In this document: piece by piece, positions 1-7,679 of the stretch
Layout of the letters: the number at the start of each line of letters is the position of its first letter
Position numbering within the stretch: the first letter of the stretch is position 1
From: an uncultured Candidatus Saccharibacteria bacterium
GTDB lineage: Bacteria > Patescibacteriota > Doudnabacteria > UBA920
Length of the DNA: 31,333 bases
Assembly (NCBI GenBank): GCA_964547145.1
Contig: CAZJLL010000063.1
Location: 1 to 31,333, forward strand
Direction: 5' to 3'
Notes under the pieces: generated by a model
What the model was told of the DNA's origin: nothing
The model's input: the letters and a program-made list of their open reading frames with translations, nothing else
Databases searched by the model: none
Program-made: the position numbers and the translations under genes

Positions 1-997
1 GTTCGGCCACGGTAACCAGCATAATATTGAGAATGCCAATGCCGCCGACGACCAAAGCAATTGCCGCCATCGCGGTTAGAAAGAGGCTCAGCGCATTGGT
101 AATGGTCGTCAGTACGGAAATGGCGTCGGCAATATTGCGCACGGTATAGTCCAGGTCAGAGTCGGTTTTAATATGATGCTGCTGGTTCAAAACCGCCGTG
201 ATATCGTCTATGGTCTGATTGACGTTTGAGGCCGCATCCACTTTTATGTTAATGGCCTGCAAATAGTGAATGCCCAACAACTGCTGCTGGCCAATAGTCA
301 ATGGCACAAACACCTGATCGTCCTGGTCCTGGAACAGGAAAGTGCCGCGGGCGGCAATGACGCCAATAACCCGCAGCGGCACGCCGCCGGACTGCGCCTG
401 GTCTTTCTGATAGGGATTGGCGCTGGCGGACTGCGATGAATTGCGCACTTTAATAATCTGGCCGACCGGATCAACGCCGGTGCCGCCGAATAATTCATCG
501 GCCACGGTAGAGCCCAAAACCACTACGTTGGCGCCGCCCTGATCTTCCTGCTGGTCAAAAAACTGCCCTTCCTTCATGGTAAAACTGACCACGTTCGGAT
601 AATCAGCATCAGTGCCGATAAAGTTGGTATCCACCGACTGGTTGCGCCAGGTAATGCCGGCCGTCCCGCGCACTACGGCGTTCACCGCCGTGGCATGGGG
701 CACGCGGCTCTTGTCCGCCAAGGCGTCGGCATCATCTTTAGTCAGGGTCGTAATGACTATACCGAACAGCTGCGCCGGCGGGCCTTTTTCGTTGCTCTTG
801 CCCGGCTGGACGGACAGCAAATTGCTGCCCAACTTTGTCACCTGGCCCAAAACCAAACTCTGGGCGCCGGCACCCAAGGCGATGATAATAATGACGCCGG
901 CGACGCCAATGACAATCCCTAAAATCGTCAAAAACGACCGGCCCTTGCGGGCCAGCAGTGTGCGCATAACCAGTCTAATCGTACCAAGAAAATTCAT
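1..997 (-). CDS. MacB/FtsX-family ABC transporter permease (3' end runs off the window)
   Basis: Not in the ORF track because it is truncated. Manual translation from ATG at 997: MNFLGTIRLVMRTLLARKGRSFLTILGIVIGVAGVIIIIALGAGAQ...VVVLGSTVADELFG...IAAIALVVGGIGILNIMLVTVAE-type C-terminal segment (AMAAIALVVGGIGILNIMLVTVAE), all MacB permease hallmarks. Confidence 0.95.
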   Translation of the reverse strand, partial: MNFLGTIRLVMRTLLARKGRSFLTILGIVIGVAGVIIIIALGAGAQSLVLGQVTKLGSNLLSVQPGKSNEKGPPAQLFGIVITTLTKDDADALADKSRVPHATAVNAVVRGTAGITWRNQSVDTNFIGTDADYPNVVSFTMKEGQFFDQQEDQGGANVVVLGSTVADELFGGTGVDPVGQIIKVRNSSQSASANPYQKDQAQSGGVPLRVIGVIAARGTFLFQDQDDQVFVPLTIGQQQLLGIHYLQAINIKVDAASNVNQTIDDITAVLNQQHHIKTDSDLDYTVRNIADAISVLTTITNALSLFLTAMAAIALVVGGIGILNIMLVTVAE

Positions 998-999
998 AC

Positions 1000-1389
1000 G
1001 CGTAGTAGCTGGAACATAGCAGCAAGGGAATAGGAATCCTAACTTAAAAAATTAAAAGATTTAATGATTGAAAGATAAGGAGATAGCATTAGAATTTCAA
1101 AATCCAAATTTCCAATTTCCAATCAATTTGTAGTGAGCAGTGAGGGAATAGATGACTTTAAAAGTTAAAGGTCAAAGGTTAAATGTCAAAAGTACCCTTA
1201 CATCCCGCCTCTTCGGCGGGCAGGCTTATATCCATATATCCTTACATACTTAAATTCCAGTAATTTTGTTCAATCTTGCCAATTACTAGCCTCTTGCCCC
1301 TAGTCTCTTGTTTTCTGCCCCCTCTGGGCACTCTACGCTCTACGCTGCACGCTAGTCCGCCTTGGGCGGGCTGTACGCTTGCCTTCTAT
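1000..1389. repeat. Non-coding spacer made of several degenerate 7-bp tandem-repeat tracts plus short GC palindromes
   Basis: 7-mer runs: ATTTCAA/AATCCAA/ATTTCCA/ATTTCCA (1094-1121); TAGTGAG/CAGTGAG (1131-1144); CTTTAAA/AGTTAAA/GGTCAAA/GGTTAAA/TGTCAAA (1156-1190); CTAGCCT/CTTGCCC/CTAGTCT/CTTGTTT (1286-1313); CTCTACG/CTCTACG/CTGCACG (1331-1351). Palindromes CCCGCC-tcttc-GGCGGG (1204-1220) and CCGCC-ttg-GGCGG (1357-1369). Confidence 0.85.
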
Positions 1390-2106
1390 TTATTTCACCA
1401 ATTCTGAATCGGGCTTGGCAATAGTCCGCTTTTCCACCCGTTCGTCGGCTATAATGTTGCCGTCCTTAATGCGCAAAATACGCTTGGCGTGATTGGCAGT
1501 ATCCATTTCGTGGGTTACCAAAATAATTGTCCGCCCCTGATTGTTCAGCGTCTGCAGGATGTACATGACGGTATTGCCGGATTTGGAATCCAGGTTGCCA
1601 GTCGGTTCGTCGGCGAAAATAACCGCCGGGTTGTTTACCAAAGCGCGGGCAATAGCCACGCGCTGCTTTTCCCCGCCGGAAATCTGGTTGGTAAAATAAT
1701 CCAGCCGGTGGGATAATCCGACCGACTCCAGGGCCTTTTTGGCCAGTTCATCCTGATTCTTCTTGCCGCTGTACATTAACGGCAGCTTAACGTTATCCAG
1801 CACCGTGGTCCGCGCCAGCAGGTTGAACGACTGAAAAACAAAGCCGATTTCCTCGTTACGCAAGCCGGCCAGATAATCATCGTCAAAATCTTTGGTGTCT
1901 TTGTCCTTGAATTCATATAAGCCGCCGGTCGGCCGGTCCAGGAAGCTCAAAATATGCATGAGCGTGGACTTGCCGCTGCCCGACGGACCCATAATGGCCA
2001 CAAATTCCCCCGGTTCAATGGCAAAATTCAGGCCGTGCAGCACCGGAGTCACGACGTCTTCATTGATATAATCTTTTTTGAGATTTTCAACCTTGATTAA
2101 AGCCAT
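1390..2106 (-). CDS. ABC transporter ATP-binding protein, MacB/LolD type
   Basis: Walker [10 protein letters not shown], signature [15 protein letters not shown], Walker [13 protein letters not shown]-loop VTHE. Confidence 0.97.
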   Translation of the reverse strand: MALIKVENLKKDYINEDVVTPVLHGLNFAIEPGEFVAIMGPSGSGKSTLMHILSFLDRPTGGLYEFKDKDTKDFDDDYLAGLRNEEIGFVFQSFNLLARTTVLDNVKLPLMYSGKKNQDELAKKALESVGLSHRLDYFTNQISGGEKQRVAIARALVNNPAVIFADEPTGNLDSKSGNTVMYILQTLNNQGRTIILVTHEMDTANHAKRILRIKDGNIIADERVEKRTIAKPDSELVK

Positions 2107-2153
2107 AAGCCAAGCCGGACGGAATGGACAAAAACTCTCGCCCCGTCCGAAGT

Positions 2154-3713
2154 TTAATTAATATAAGTAACAACTTCGTCCCCCTCGCTTAAGCCAGAAG
2201 TTATTTCCGTCAGGCCGCCGTCCGCTTCCAGGCCCGTGGTGACCGGCACCTGCTCGTAGCTCTTTTTCTTGCTGTCGGTAATGCGCCGGACGAATTTGCC
2301 GTTATCCTGCTGAATCACCGCGCGCGAAGGCACGGCTAAGGCACCACCTTTCTGCGCCACTAAAATAATCATGTTGGCGGTCATGCCGGGTTTAATGTCC
2401 GGAACATTGTCCAGGCTGGCCTTAACTTTATAATCCACTACGCCGGAAACGACGGTAGCGCCGGGGTTAACCGTCTGCACCGTAGCATTGAAATGCCGAT
2501 CCGGCCCCAGGGCGTCAAAGGTGACATCCACGCTTTGGCCGGGCTGGATTGAGGCAATGTTGGCTTCGCTGACATCCGCTTCCACGTGCAGGCTGCTTAT
2601 GTCCTGCAACACAATGGCTTCCTGCATGGCCGTAGCCAATTCGCCGACTTTAATATCCACGGAAGTAATGGTGCCGTCGGCCGGCGCGCGGATGATGGTA
2701 TTTTCCAGTGCTGCCTGGGCGGTCAGCACCTGGCCCTGAGCCGAAACAATCGCCGCCTTGGCGGCATCAATGTCGGCCGGCCGGGCCTGGGCGGTCTTTA
2801 AGTCCAGCGCCGCCTGGGCCTGGGCCAGCGCCGCCTGGGCGCTGTCCACCTGGGCCTGGGCAGAGGCCAAAGCCGATTGCTGGGTCTGCAGCGCCGCCTG
2901 GTAAGCGTTATAATTAGCCACATAATTGGCCGCGGAAGTGTTTGGAATATTCACCGTCCAGGTGTCGCCGTTATACGGCAGGCTGTTGAACTGAACATAC
3001 AAACCGCGGCTGCCCATGGCCACCGGCGAAGCCTTCACCTGGCCGGTTACGGCTTCCAAGCCAGAAGTCTGAAAATATTGGCCACTGCCGGTGCTGTAAA
3101 TTTTTATAGTATAAACGCCCTGATCCGCACCGGTATAGGTGCCGCTGATGCCAACCACATTAGTGCCGCTTAAATTGGTGGCTGCCGGAATAGCGCTTAA
3201 AGTGGAATTGAGCAAGGCGGAATAAGCATTACTGACGGCTGTGGCTTGTTGCGCCTGCACGTTCTGCAGGTTGGTTTTGGCGGTATTCAAAGTCACCTGC
3301 GCCGAATCCACGGCGCTTTGGGAAACCGCCACATCCTGGCTGCTGGCGCCGCTTAAAACTTTTTGGTAATTGGCCTGGGCCTGGGCCAGCGCGCCCTGGG
3401 CGGTGGTCAGGCCGGCCTGGGCATCTTTTTGATCAAGGGTGGCCAAAATATCTCCCGCTTTAACCTTGTCCCCTTCCTGAACCCCGATTTTCTGGACAAA
3501 ACCGCTGACTTTAAAGCTCAAATCCAGATCGGTGCTGGAAACAACCTGGCCCGTGGCTAAAACGGTTGATTTTAAGTCCTGTTTTTTGACGACATCGGTT
3601 TGGATATTGGCGGCGCTATTGCGCCGTGCCGCAATCCGCCAGCCGATTAAGACGAGCAGTAATACGATAATTGCGGTCCAGATAATCTTTTTTTTGGTGA
3701 AAAATTTTCTCAT
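2154..3713 (-). CDS. MacA-like periplasmic adaptor (membrane fusion protein) with a long coiled coil and an inserted beta-rich domain
   Basis: N-terminal TM anchor; lipoyl-like motifs DLSFKVSGFVQKIGVQEGDKVKAGDILATLD and IRAPADGTITSVDIKVGE; beta-barrel VEADVSEANIASIQPGQSV; C-terminal TGLEADGGLTEITSGLSEGDEV. Confidence 0.93.
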   Translation of the reverse strand: MRKFFTKKKIIWTAIIVLLLVLIGWRIAARRNSAANIQTDVVKKQDLKSTVLATGQVVSSTDLDLSFKVSGFVQKIGVQEGDKVKAGDILATLDQKDAQAGLTTAQGALAQAQANYQKVLSGASSQDVAVSQSAVDSAQVTLNTAKTNLQNVQAQQATAVSNAYSALLNSTLSAIPAATNLSGTNVVGISGTYTGADQGVYTIKIYSTGSGQYFQTSGLEAVTGQVKASPVAMGSRGLYVQFNSLPYNGDTWTVNIPNTSAANYVANYNAYQAALQTQQSALASAQAQVDSAQAALAQAQAALDLKTAQARPADIDAAKAAIVSAQGQVLTAQAALENTIIRAPADGTITSVDIKVGELATAMQEAIVLQDISSLHVEADVSEANIASIQPGQSVDVTFDALGPDRHFNATVQTVNPGATVVSGVVDYKVKASLDNVPDIKPGMTANMIILVAQKGGALAVPSRAVIQQDNGKFVRRITDSKKKSYEQVPVTTGLEADGGLTEITSGLSEGDEVVTYIN

Positions 3714-3734
3714 AAACGGTTATTATTAAAAAAA

Positions 3735-4061
3735 TTAAGCCTTCGGTGCTGACTGCTTCAACCTGCTAAGCAGGCTGCTTTCCAGATATTTGCGAAAGTC
3801 TTTGGCGGCGCCGCTGCCGGCCAAGTGCTCCATAATCGCGTCTACCAGCTGGGACATGGCTTCGGCCTTAATCAGGCCGATGGCCCGGCCGAACTTGCCA
3901 ATTACCAGCAGCTGATCGCCCGGACTGATACCCAAATCCCGGCGGGCCGGAGCGGGAATAACCACCTGGCCGCGGGCGCCGACCGTGGTCGCGCCGTAGA
4001 ACTTGTCCTGCCGGGCCATTTTTTTATGAAACCCGGCTAAAGTTTTTGCTTTCTTTGCCAT
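3735..4061 (-). CDS. AbrB/MazE/SpoVT-family DNA-binding protein
   Basis: Swapped-hairpin motif TTVGARGQVVIPAPARRDLGISPGDQLLV; first gene of the ABC operon. Confidence 0.9.
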   Translation of the reverse strand: MAKKAKTLAGFHKKMARQDKFYGATTVGARGQVVIPAPARRDLGISPGDQLLVIGKFGRAIGLIKAEAMSQLVDAIMEHLAGSGAAKDFRKYLESSLLSRLKQSAPKA

Positions 4062-4064
4062 AGC

Positions 4065-4111
4065 GTATGATATATCATACTTATCATATCATATTTTCCC
4101 CTTTTCGTCAA
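4065..4111 (-). promoter_or_regulatory. Sigma70 promoter of the abrB-macAB operon with an adjacent palindromic operator
   Basis: Minus strand TTGACG (4106-4111), 17 bp, TATGAT (4083-4088). Perfect 16-bp palindrome GTATGATATATCATAC at 4065-4080, plus extra TATCAT copies at 4082-4087 and 4087-4092. Confidence 0.8.
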
Positions 4112-4115
4112 TTTT

Positions 4116-4293
4116 CTCTTCCTGGAAGAGGTGCCCCCTCTTCCAATTCAAATTTATGGTGTAATAAAGGTTCCCCCCGCAGCAAGCTGACGGGGTATCA
4201 TTGCAAGGAGCCGGCTTGCATTTCGCAACAGAGCTGCGAGGCATTAAACCTGCATTAGCTCCTTAGGCTCGCTTATCCTTGCAAGCAAGGATA
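4116..4293 (-). ncRNA. Putative structured RNA or palindromic element (family unknown)
   Basis: At least five hairpins in ~180 nt. Two have G(CUUG)C tetraloops when read on the minus strand. Strand and function are inferred. Confidence 0.35.
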
Positions 4294-4359
4294 GACTCGC
4301 CTGCGTCGCTAATAAAAACTGGCCGCCTGGCCGGCAGATCAAGCAGCCGGCTCTTCTGC

Positions 4360-5793
4360 TCAAGCAAAATTAAGGGAATCGACTTTTTTCCGCAGCCCGG
4401 CCCGCTCAAAAATATCCGCAGCGGTTACGGCCAAAAGTTCCGGCTGCCGCTCCTCCGCCGGAGTAATAACCCGGTATATCTCCGGCAATTGGCAATCAAT
4501 GCTGTCCTTTAAAGCCAGCTGTTTGGCCAGCTGCAGATAAGCGTGGTAAAAATCCTGTCCCGCCAAATACAGATCCAGGCCGGTAGCAAGGGAAAAATCC
4601 TGTCCCGCCAAGCCGGGGAAAAAACCGAGACTGCCTTCCAAAAAATTTTTTGTTTCAATCGGACCGATTGCCGCGGCGGCGTCCTTCAGGCCGGCTTTGG
4701 CAAATAGCCGTAAAAATTTCTGCTTGATATCGGTCAGCCAGTTAACCTGATTGAAGCCGCCGGCGCAGGTGACGCCGTAATAAAGCAAAATTAAAAAACA
4801 GACCAAAGTCGTGGGATAAAGCCTGCCTTGCCGCAGTGCCGCAGCCACTGCCCCCGGCTCCGCCTTAAGACTGAAACCGTCACCCTCCAGGCAGCCAGCA
4901 TTATGGCGCAAATGGATGCGCCGGCCTGTCGGTGCAAGCCCCCAAAACAAGAAACTGCCTTTATGGCCGCTGCTGAAAGCGCCGAGACTCCCGGCAAATG
5001 TTCCGCCAATCAGCCCCAGGCCGGCGGCCGAAAACAGCAGCGGATACAAAGGATGGCCGGGCTCGCCGGCGATATCCGCCGCCAGGCGGCCGATTAGCTG
5101 TTCCAGCGGCAGATACAAAACTTCCGGCGCGGTCGGAAAAAAATTTTTCCACAGCAGCCGTGAGGCGCGGGCCGACTGGCCAAGAAAGTCTGCCGCCGCG
5201 CCGACTTCCTTATCGCCGAAAACATCCGTGAGCAAAGTTAGCAGCCGCTCCTTTTGCGCCTGACTAAGCAGCCCTTCTTCCCGCAGGCGGCGGCGGAACT
5301 GGTCAAACTGCTCAAGCTTCAGCGGCGGCTGGGCCAGGACGGTCCCGGTCTTTTGGCGATCGCTGAAAAACGATAAGCGGCGGAGGCCGCCGCCGGGGCC
5401 GGTAAAAACCAGGGAGCCGGGCCAGGAAGAATTATTCAGCGAAACGCCGCCGGTGGCCAGACAAATCAAATACGGCTGATTCTGGCGCAAGCTGAAAATC
5501 AGGTTTGAATTTATAAAAAACGGATGGTTTAGCAAACCATGATGATCAACTGTAGAGACCAGCGGCGCGGCGGCGAACTGGCCGGCAGCGGCCGCGGCAA
5601 CCGCAGGCGGATAATAAGATTCAAGCGCTTCCCGGACATAAGCTAACACAGGCGAACTGGGCGGCAGCGGCACGGCCGCCGGCCAGGCATTGACATAATT
5701 AAACAAGCTTAAGCTGCCCTGGCCGTTATAGATTTCGGCCAATGTCTTTTGCTTATTTAATACGGCCAGTTTGAGCGCTTCCAGATTTGACAT
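4360..5793 (-). CDS. Hypothetical 477-aa cytoplasmic protein, possible HUP/Rossmann-fold (BshC-like) ligase
   Basis: Long ORF with the local high-GC codon style. Motif-like segments VSTVDHHGLLNHPFF, GGVSLNNSSWP, GRLYPTTL and TCAGGFNQVNWL. The fold call is an inference. Confidence 0.8.
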   Translation of the reverse strand: MSNLEALKLAVLNKQKTLAEIYNGQGSLSLFNYVNAWPAAVPLPPSSPVLAYVREALESYYPPAVAAAAAGQFAAAPLVSTVDHHGLLNHPFFINSNLIFSLRQNQPYLICLATGGVSLNNSSWPGSLVFTGPGGGLRRLSFFSDRQKTGTVLAQPPLKLEQFDQFRRRLREEGLLSQAQKERLLTLLTDVFGDKEVGAAADFLGQSARASRLLWKNFFPTAPEVLYLPLEQLIGRLAADIAGEPGHPLYPLLFSAAGLGLIGGTFAGSLGAFSSGHKGSFLFWGLAPTGRRIHLRHNAGCLEGDGFSLKAEPGAVAAALRQGRLYPTTLVCFLILLYYGVTCAGGFNQVNWLTDIKQKFLRLFAKAGLKDAAAAIGPIETKNFLEGSLGFFPGLAGQDFSLATGLDLYLAGQDFYHAYLQLAKQLALKDSIDCQLPEIYRVITPAEERQPELLAVTAADIFERAGLRKKVDSLNFA

Positions 5794-5829
5794 AAACTTC
5801 TACTATTATATACAAATTGACCAAGAAAA

Positions 5830-5853
5830 AACACCTACCCAAAGGGAGGTGTT
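5830..5853 (-). terminator. Intrinsic terminator after the pilin gene
   Basis: AACACCT-A-CCC-aaa-GGG-AGGTGTT hairpin followed by a T run on the minus strand. Confidence 0.7.
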
Positions 5854-5868
5854 CGGCAGATACCTAAC

Positions 5869-6372
5869 CTATTGCACGCCGGTCGGGGTAAGAATATGGA
5901 TGCCGGAAGAAAAATTGCCCGTCTGGTTGCCGAGACAAAAATAATAGGAATAAGACGGATAAACCAAGGTGCTGCCGTCCGGATTCAAGAAAGGCGTGCC
6001 GCTGGGATAATAATAATAGACGGAGCCGTTGGTCCCCGAGGGCACCGGCGACGGATAATTCATGGTTTCGCAGTTGCCGTCCGGCGGGGTCGGAGCAGCG
6101 GGCAGGGAGGAAGTAACCGACGGAACCAGCGGCGACGGAATGCCGGCCGGGCCGGAGGGATAGCCCTTATTCGTGGCAAAATACAGTTCCAGGGCGGTAT
6201 TCATCTGCACCATATCGGACAGGCGTTTGCTGTCGCGGCCCTTTTGCCTGGCGGACATTAGGGCAATGAGCGCAATGGAACTAAGCAGCGCGATAATCGC
6301 CACCACGACCAGAAGTTCAATCAAGGTAAAGCCGCCTTGGCCAAAAAAAACTTTTTGATTTTGATTTCTCAT
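5869..6372 (-). CDS. Type IV pilin / type II secretion pseudopilin-like protein
   Basis: Class III signal GG|[16 protein letters not shown] with Glu at +5; RDSKRLSDMVQMNTALELYF; two Cys. Start re-set to MRNQNQK at 6372, a more typical leader length than the ORF-track start at 6465. Confidence 0.92.
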   Translation of the reverse strand: MRNQNQKVFFGQGGFTLIELLVVVAIIALLSSIALIALMSARQKGRDSKRLSDMVQMNTALELYFATNKGYPSGPAGIPSPLVPSVTSSLPAAPTPPDGNCETMNYPSPVPSGTNGSVYYYYPSGTPFLNPDGSTLVYPSYSYYFCLGNQTGNFSSGIHILTPTGVQ

Positions 6373-6565
6373 TATATTTTCCTGATAGATTAATTTTATC
6401 ATTGTCTTGAATACCGGGCAAGTGTATAAGTCTTTTTGGCAGACGCGCTTGATTAAAATGGCCAAATAAGGTAAAATAACAAAGATTTTGGTTGCAAAAT
6501 CCGTCTGGCAGCAGCGATATGGCCTGCCCTACGAAGCTTTGGCGGTATGCCAAAGTGAAAAATAA

Positions 6566-6627
6566 GGGACGGTAGCTCAGTTGGTAGAGCAGCGGCCTTT
6601 TAAGCCGTTTGTCGTGGGTTCGATCCC
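6566..6627 (+). pseudogene. tRNA-Lys(UUU) 5' part lacking the 3' acceptor strand and CCA
   Basis: GGGACGG followed by 55 nt identical to the intact tRNA-Lys (6573-6627 = 6695-6749). It then diverges (ACACAAGG...) with no acceptor complement. Confidence 0.85.
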
Positions 6628-6687
6628 ACACAAGGATACAATGGTATAATTGGTAAATCGTTTACCTTTGAAAACTAAATACTTCGT

Positions 6688-6763
6688 GGGAACGTAGCTC
6701 AGTTGGTAGAGCAGCGGCCTTTTAAGCCGTTTGTCGTGGGTTCGATCCCCACCGTTCCCACCA
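6688..6763 (+). tRNA. tRNA-Lys(UUU), complete, CCA encoded
   Basis: Acceptor GGGAACG/CGTTCCC; D arm GCTC-AGTTGGTA-GAGC; anticodon arm GCGGC-CTTTTAA-GCCGT; T arm GTGGG-TTCGATC-CCCAC; ACCA end; 76 nt. Confidence 0.97.
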
Positions 6764-6765
6764 CG

Positions 6766-6796
6766 AAAAAGCATCGAATTATTTGGGTGCTTTTTT
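6766..6796 (+). terminator. Intrinsic terminator after tRNA-Lys
   Basis: AAAAAGCA...TGCTTTTT inverted repeat with a T run. Confidence 0.6.
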
Positions 6797-6832
6797 GTAA
6801 AAGTAATATAATTACCACACTTAATTTTTTAT

Positions 6833-7540
6833 ATGGAAATAGAAAATAAGAAAGTCGTTGAAGGCGACATTATAGTGACAACGTTACCAAAGGATAATAA
6901 ATTTTACCCTTACAAGGTTCTAAAAATTGAGTCTTGGCCGGACGAATCTATTACTTGGCACGTGCTTGGCTATGTTCCTTTAGATTACAATCCAACAGAA
7001 AAAGATATATCAAAATTATCAGTACGGGCTTGGCATATTCCTATAAGAAGTTTTGAAGACAAAATCCAAATAATAACTCACTCTACAGTAACCGAGAATG
7101 AGCTACAAGGATATTTTGAATATTTGAAGCTAACAGACTTTCCCCGCTATATTAAAGAGACAGGAAAAAATATAGATGAAGTAATTAAGAAAGCAAACGA
7201 GTATTATGCCAAGGGCAATGAATTATCTGATGCTAAGCAATATGATGAAGCCATAGAGGCATATACTTTAGCCGCAGAGGAGTTTCCGCTACTTTTTGAA
7301 GCAATAGACAACCGGGGATTTGCCAAAATGGATATGGGTAAATACCAAGAAGCCATTTCCGATTTCGAGGAATCATTACAAGTAAAACCTGATAACTTTA
7401 CAGCTCAATTTAGCTTAGCCGAGTGTTACTATCGTTTAAAAGAATATCAGAAAGCCCAAGAAGAAGCCGAAAGAGCAATTACATTAAAAGATGAACCGTT
7501 GGCAAGAGACTTATTGCAAAAAATTAAAGAAAATTTGTAA
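6833..7540 (+). CDS. TPR-repeat protein with an unknown N-terminal domain; AT-rich, likely acquired
   Basis: C-terminal TPR units (YYAKGNELSDAKQYDEAIEAYTLA; AIDNRGFAKMDMGKYQEAISDFEESLQVKP; AQFSLAECYYRLKEYQKAQEEAERA). Visibly lower GC than flanking genes. Confidence 0.88.
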   Translation: MEIENKKVVEGDIIVTTLPKDNKFYPYKVLKIESWPDESITWHVLGYVPLDYNPTEKDISKLSVRAWHIPIRSFEDKIQIITHSTVTENELQGYFEYLKLTDFPRYIKETGKNIDEVIKKANEYYAKGNELSDAKQYDEAIEAYTLAAEEFPLLFEAIDNRGFAKMDMGKYQEAISDFEESLQVKPDNFTAQFSLAECYYRLKEYQKAQEEAERAITLKDEPLARDLLQKIKENL

Positions 7541-7658
7541 AATCGTTTACCTTTCAAATAGAAAACTGATAAAGTTCTTTCAAAACTAGCCTCTTAAATA
7601 AGAGTAGTCGCAATATTTCACGCTCAATAATTGGTGGTTTAGCCAGATGGGCTGCGTG

Positions 7659-7679
7659 CGATCCCCTCCCGTCCCACCA
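7659..7679 (+). pseudogene. Displaced tRNA 3' end (partial T loop, T stem, acceptor strand, CCA)
   Basis: CGATC-CCCTC-CCGTCCC-ACCA. CCGTCCC is the exact complement of GGGACGG, which starts the truncated tRNA at 6566. Confidence 0.8.

Noticed and set aside
4116-4300. tmRNA, RNase P, SRP, TPP or c-di-AMP riboswitch identity for the structured region
   Set aside because: No tRNA-like ends or tag ORF, no GAGGAAAGUCC, no SRP GGAA/AGCAG loop and no CUGAGA. The c-di-AMP-like words CCCGUCAGCU and GGGGGAACC appear in the wrong order.
6566-6763. Possible CRISPR or repeat-spacer array from the duplicated 55-nt sequence
   Set aside because: The repeat is a tRNA body with only two copies, and no cas genes are in the window.
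6317-6774. ORFs 6317-6631 and 6577-6774 with repeated 'DRTHDKRLKRPLLYQLSY'
   Set aside because: These are antisense translations of the two tRNA-Lys copies, not proteins.
6566-7679. Group I intron or trans-spliced tRNA as the explanation for the split tRNA
   Set aside because: The interruption is in the T loop with a duplicated 7-bp core and contains a promoter, tRNA and protein gene. I see no group I core motifs or bulge-helix-bulge, so DNA-level insertion is simpler.
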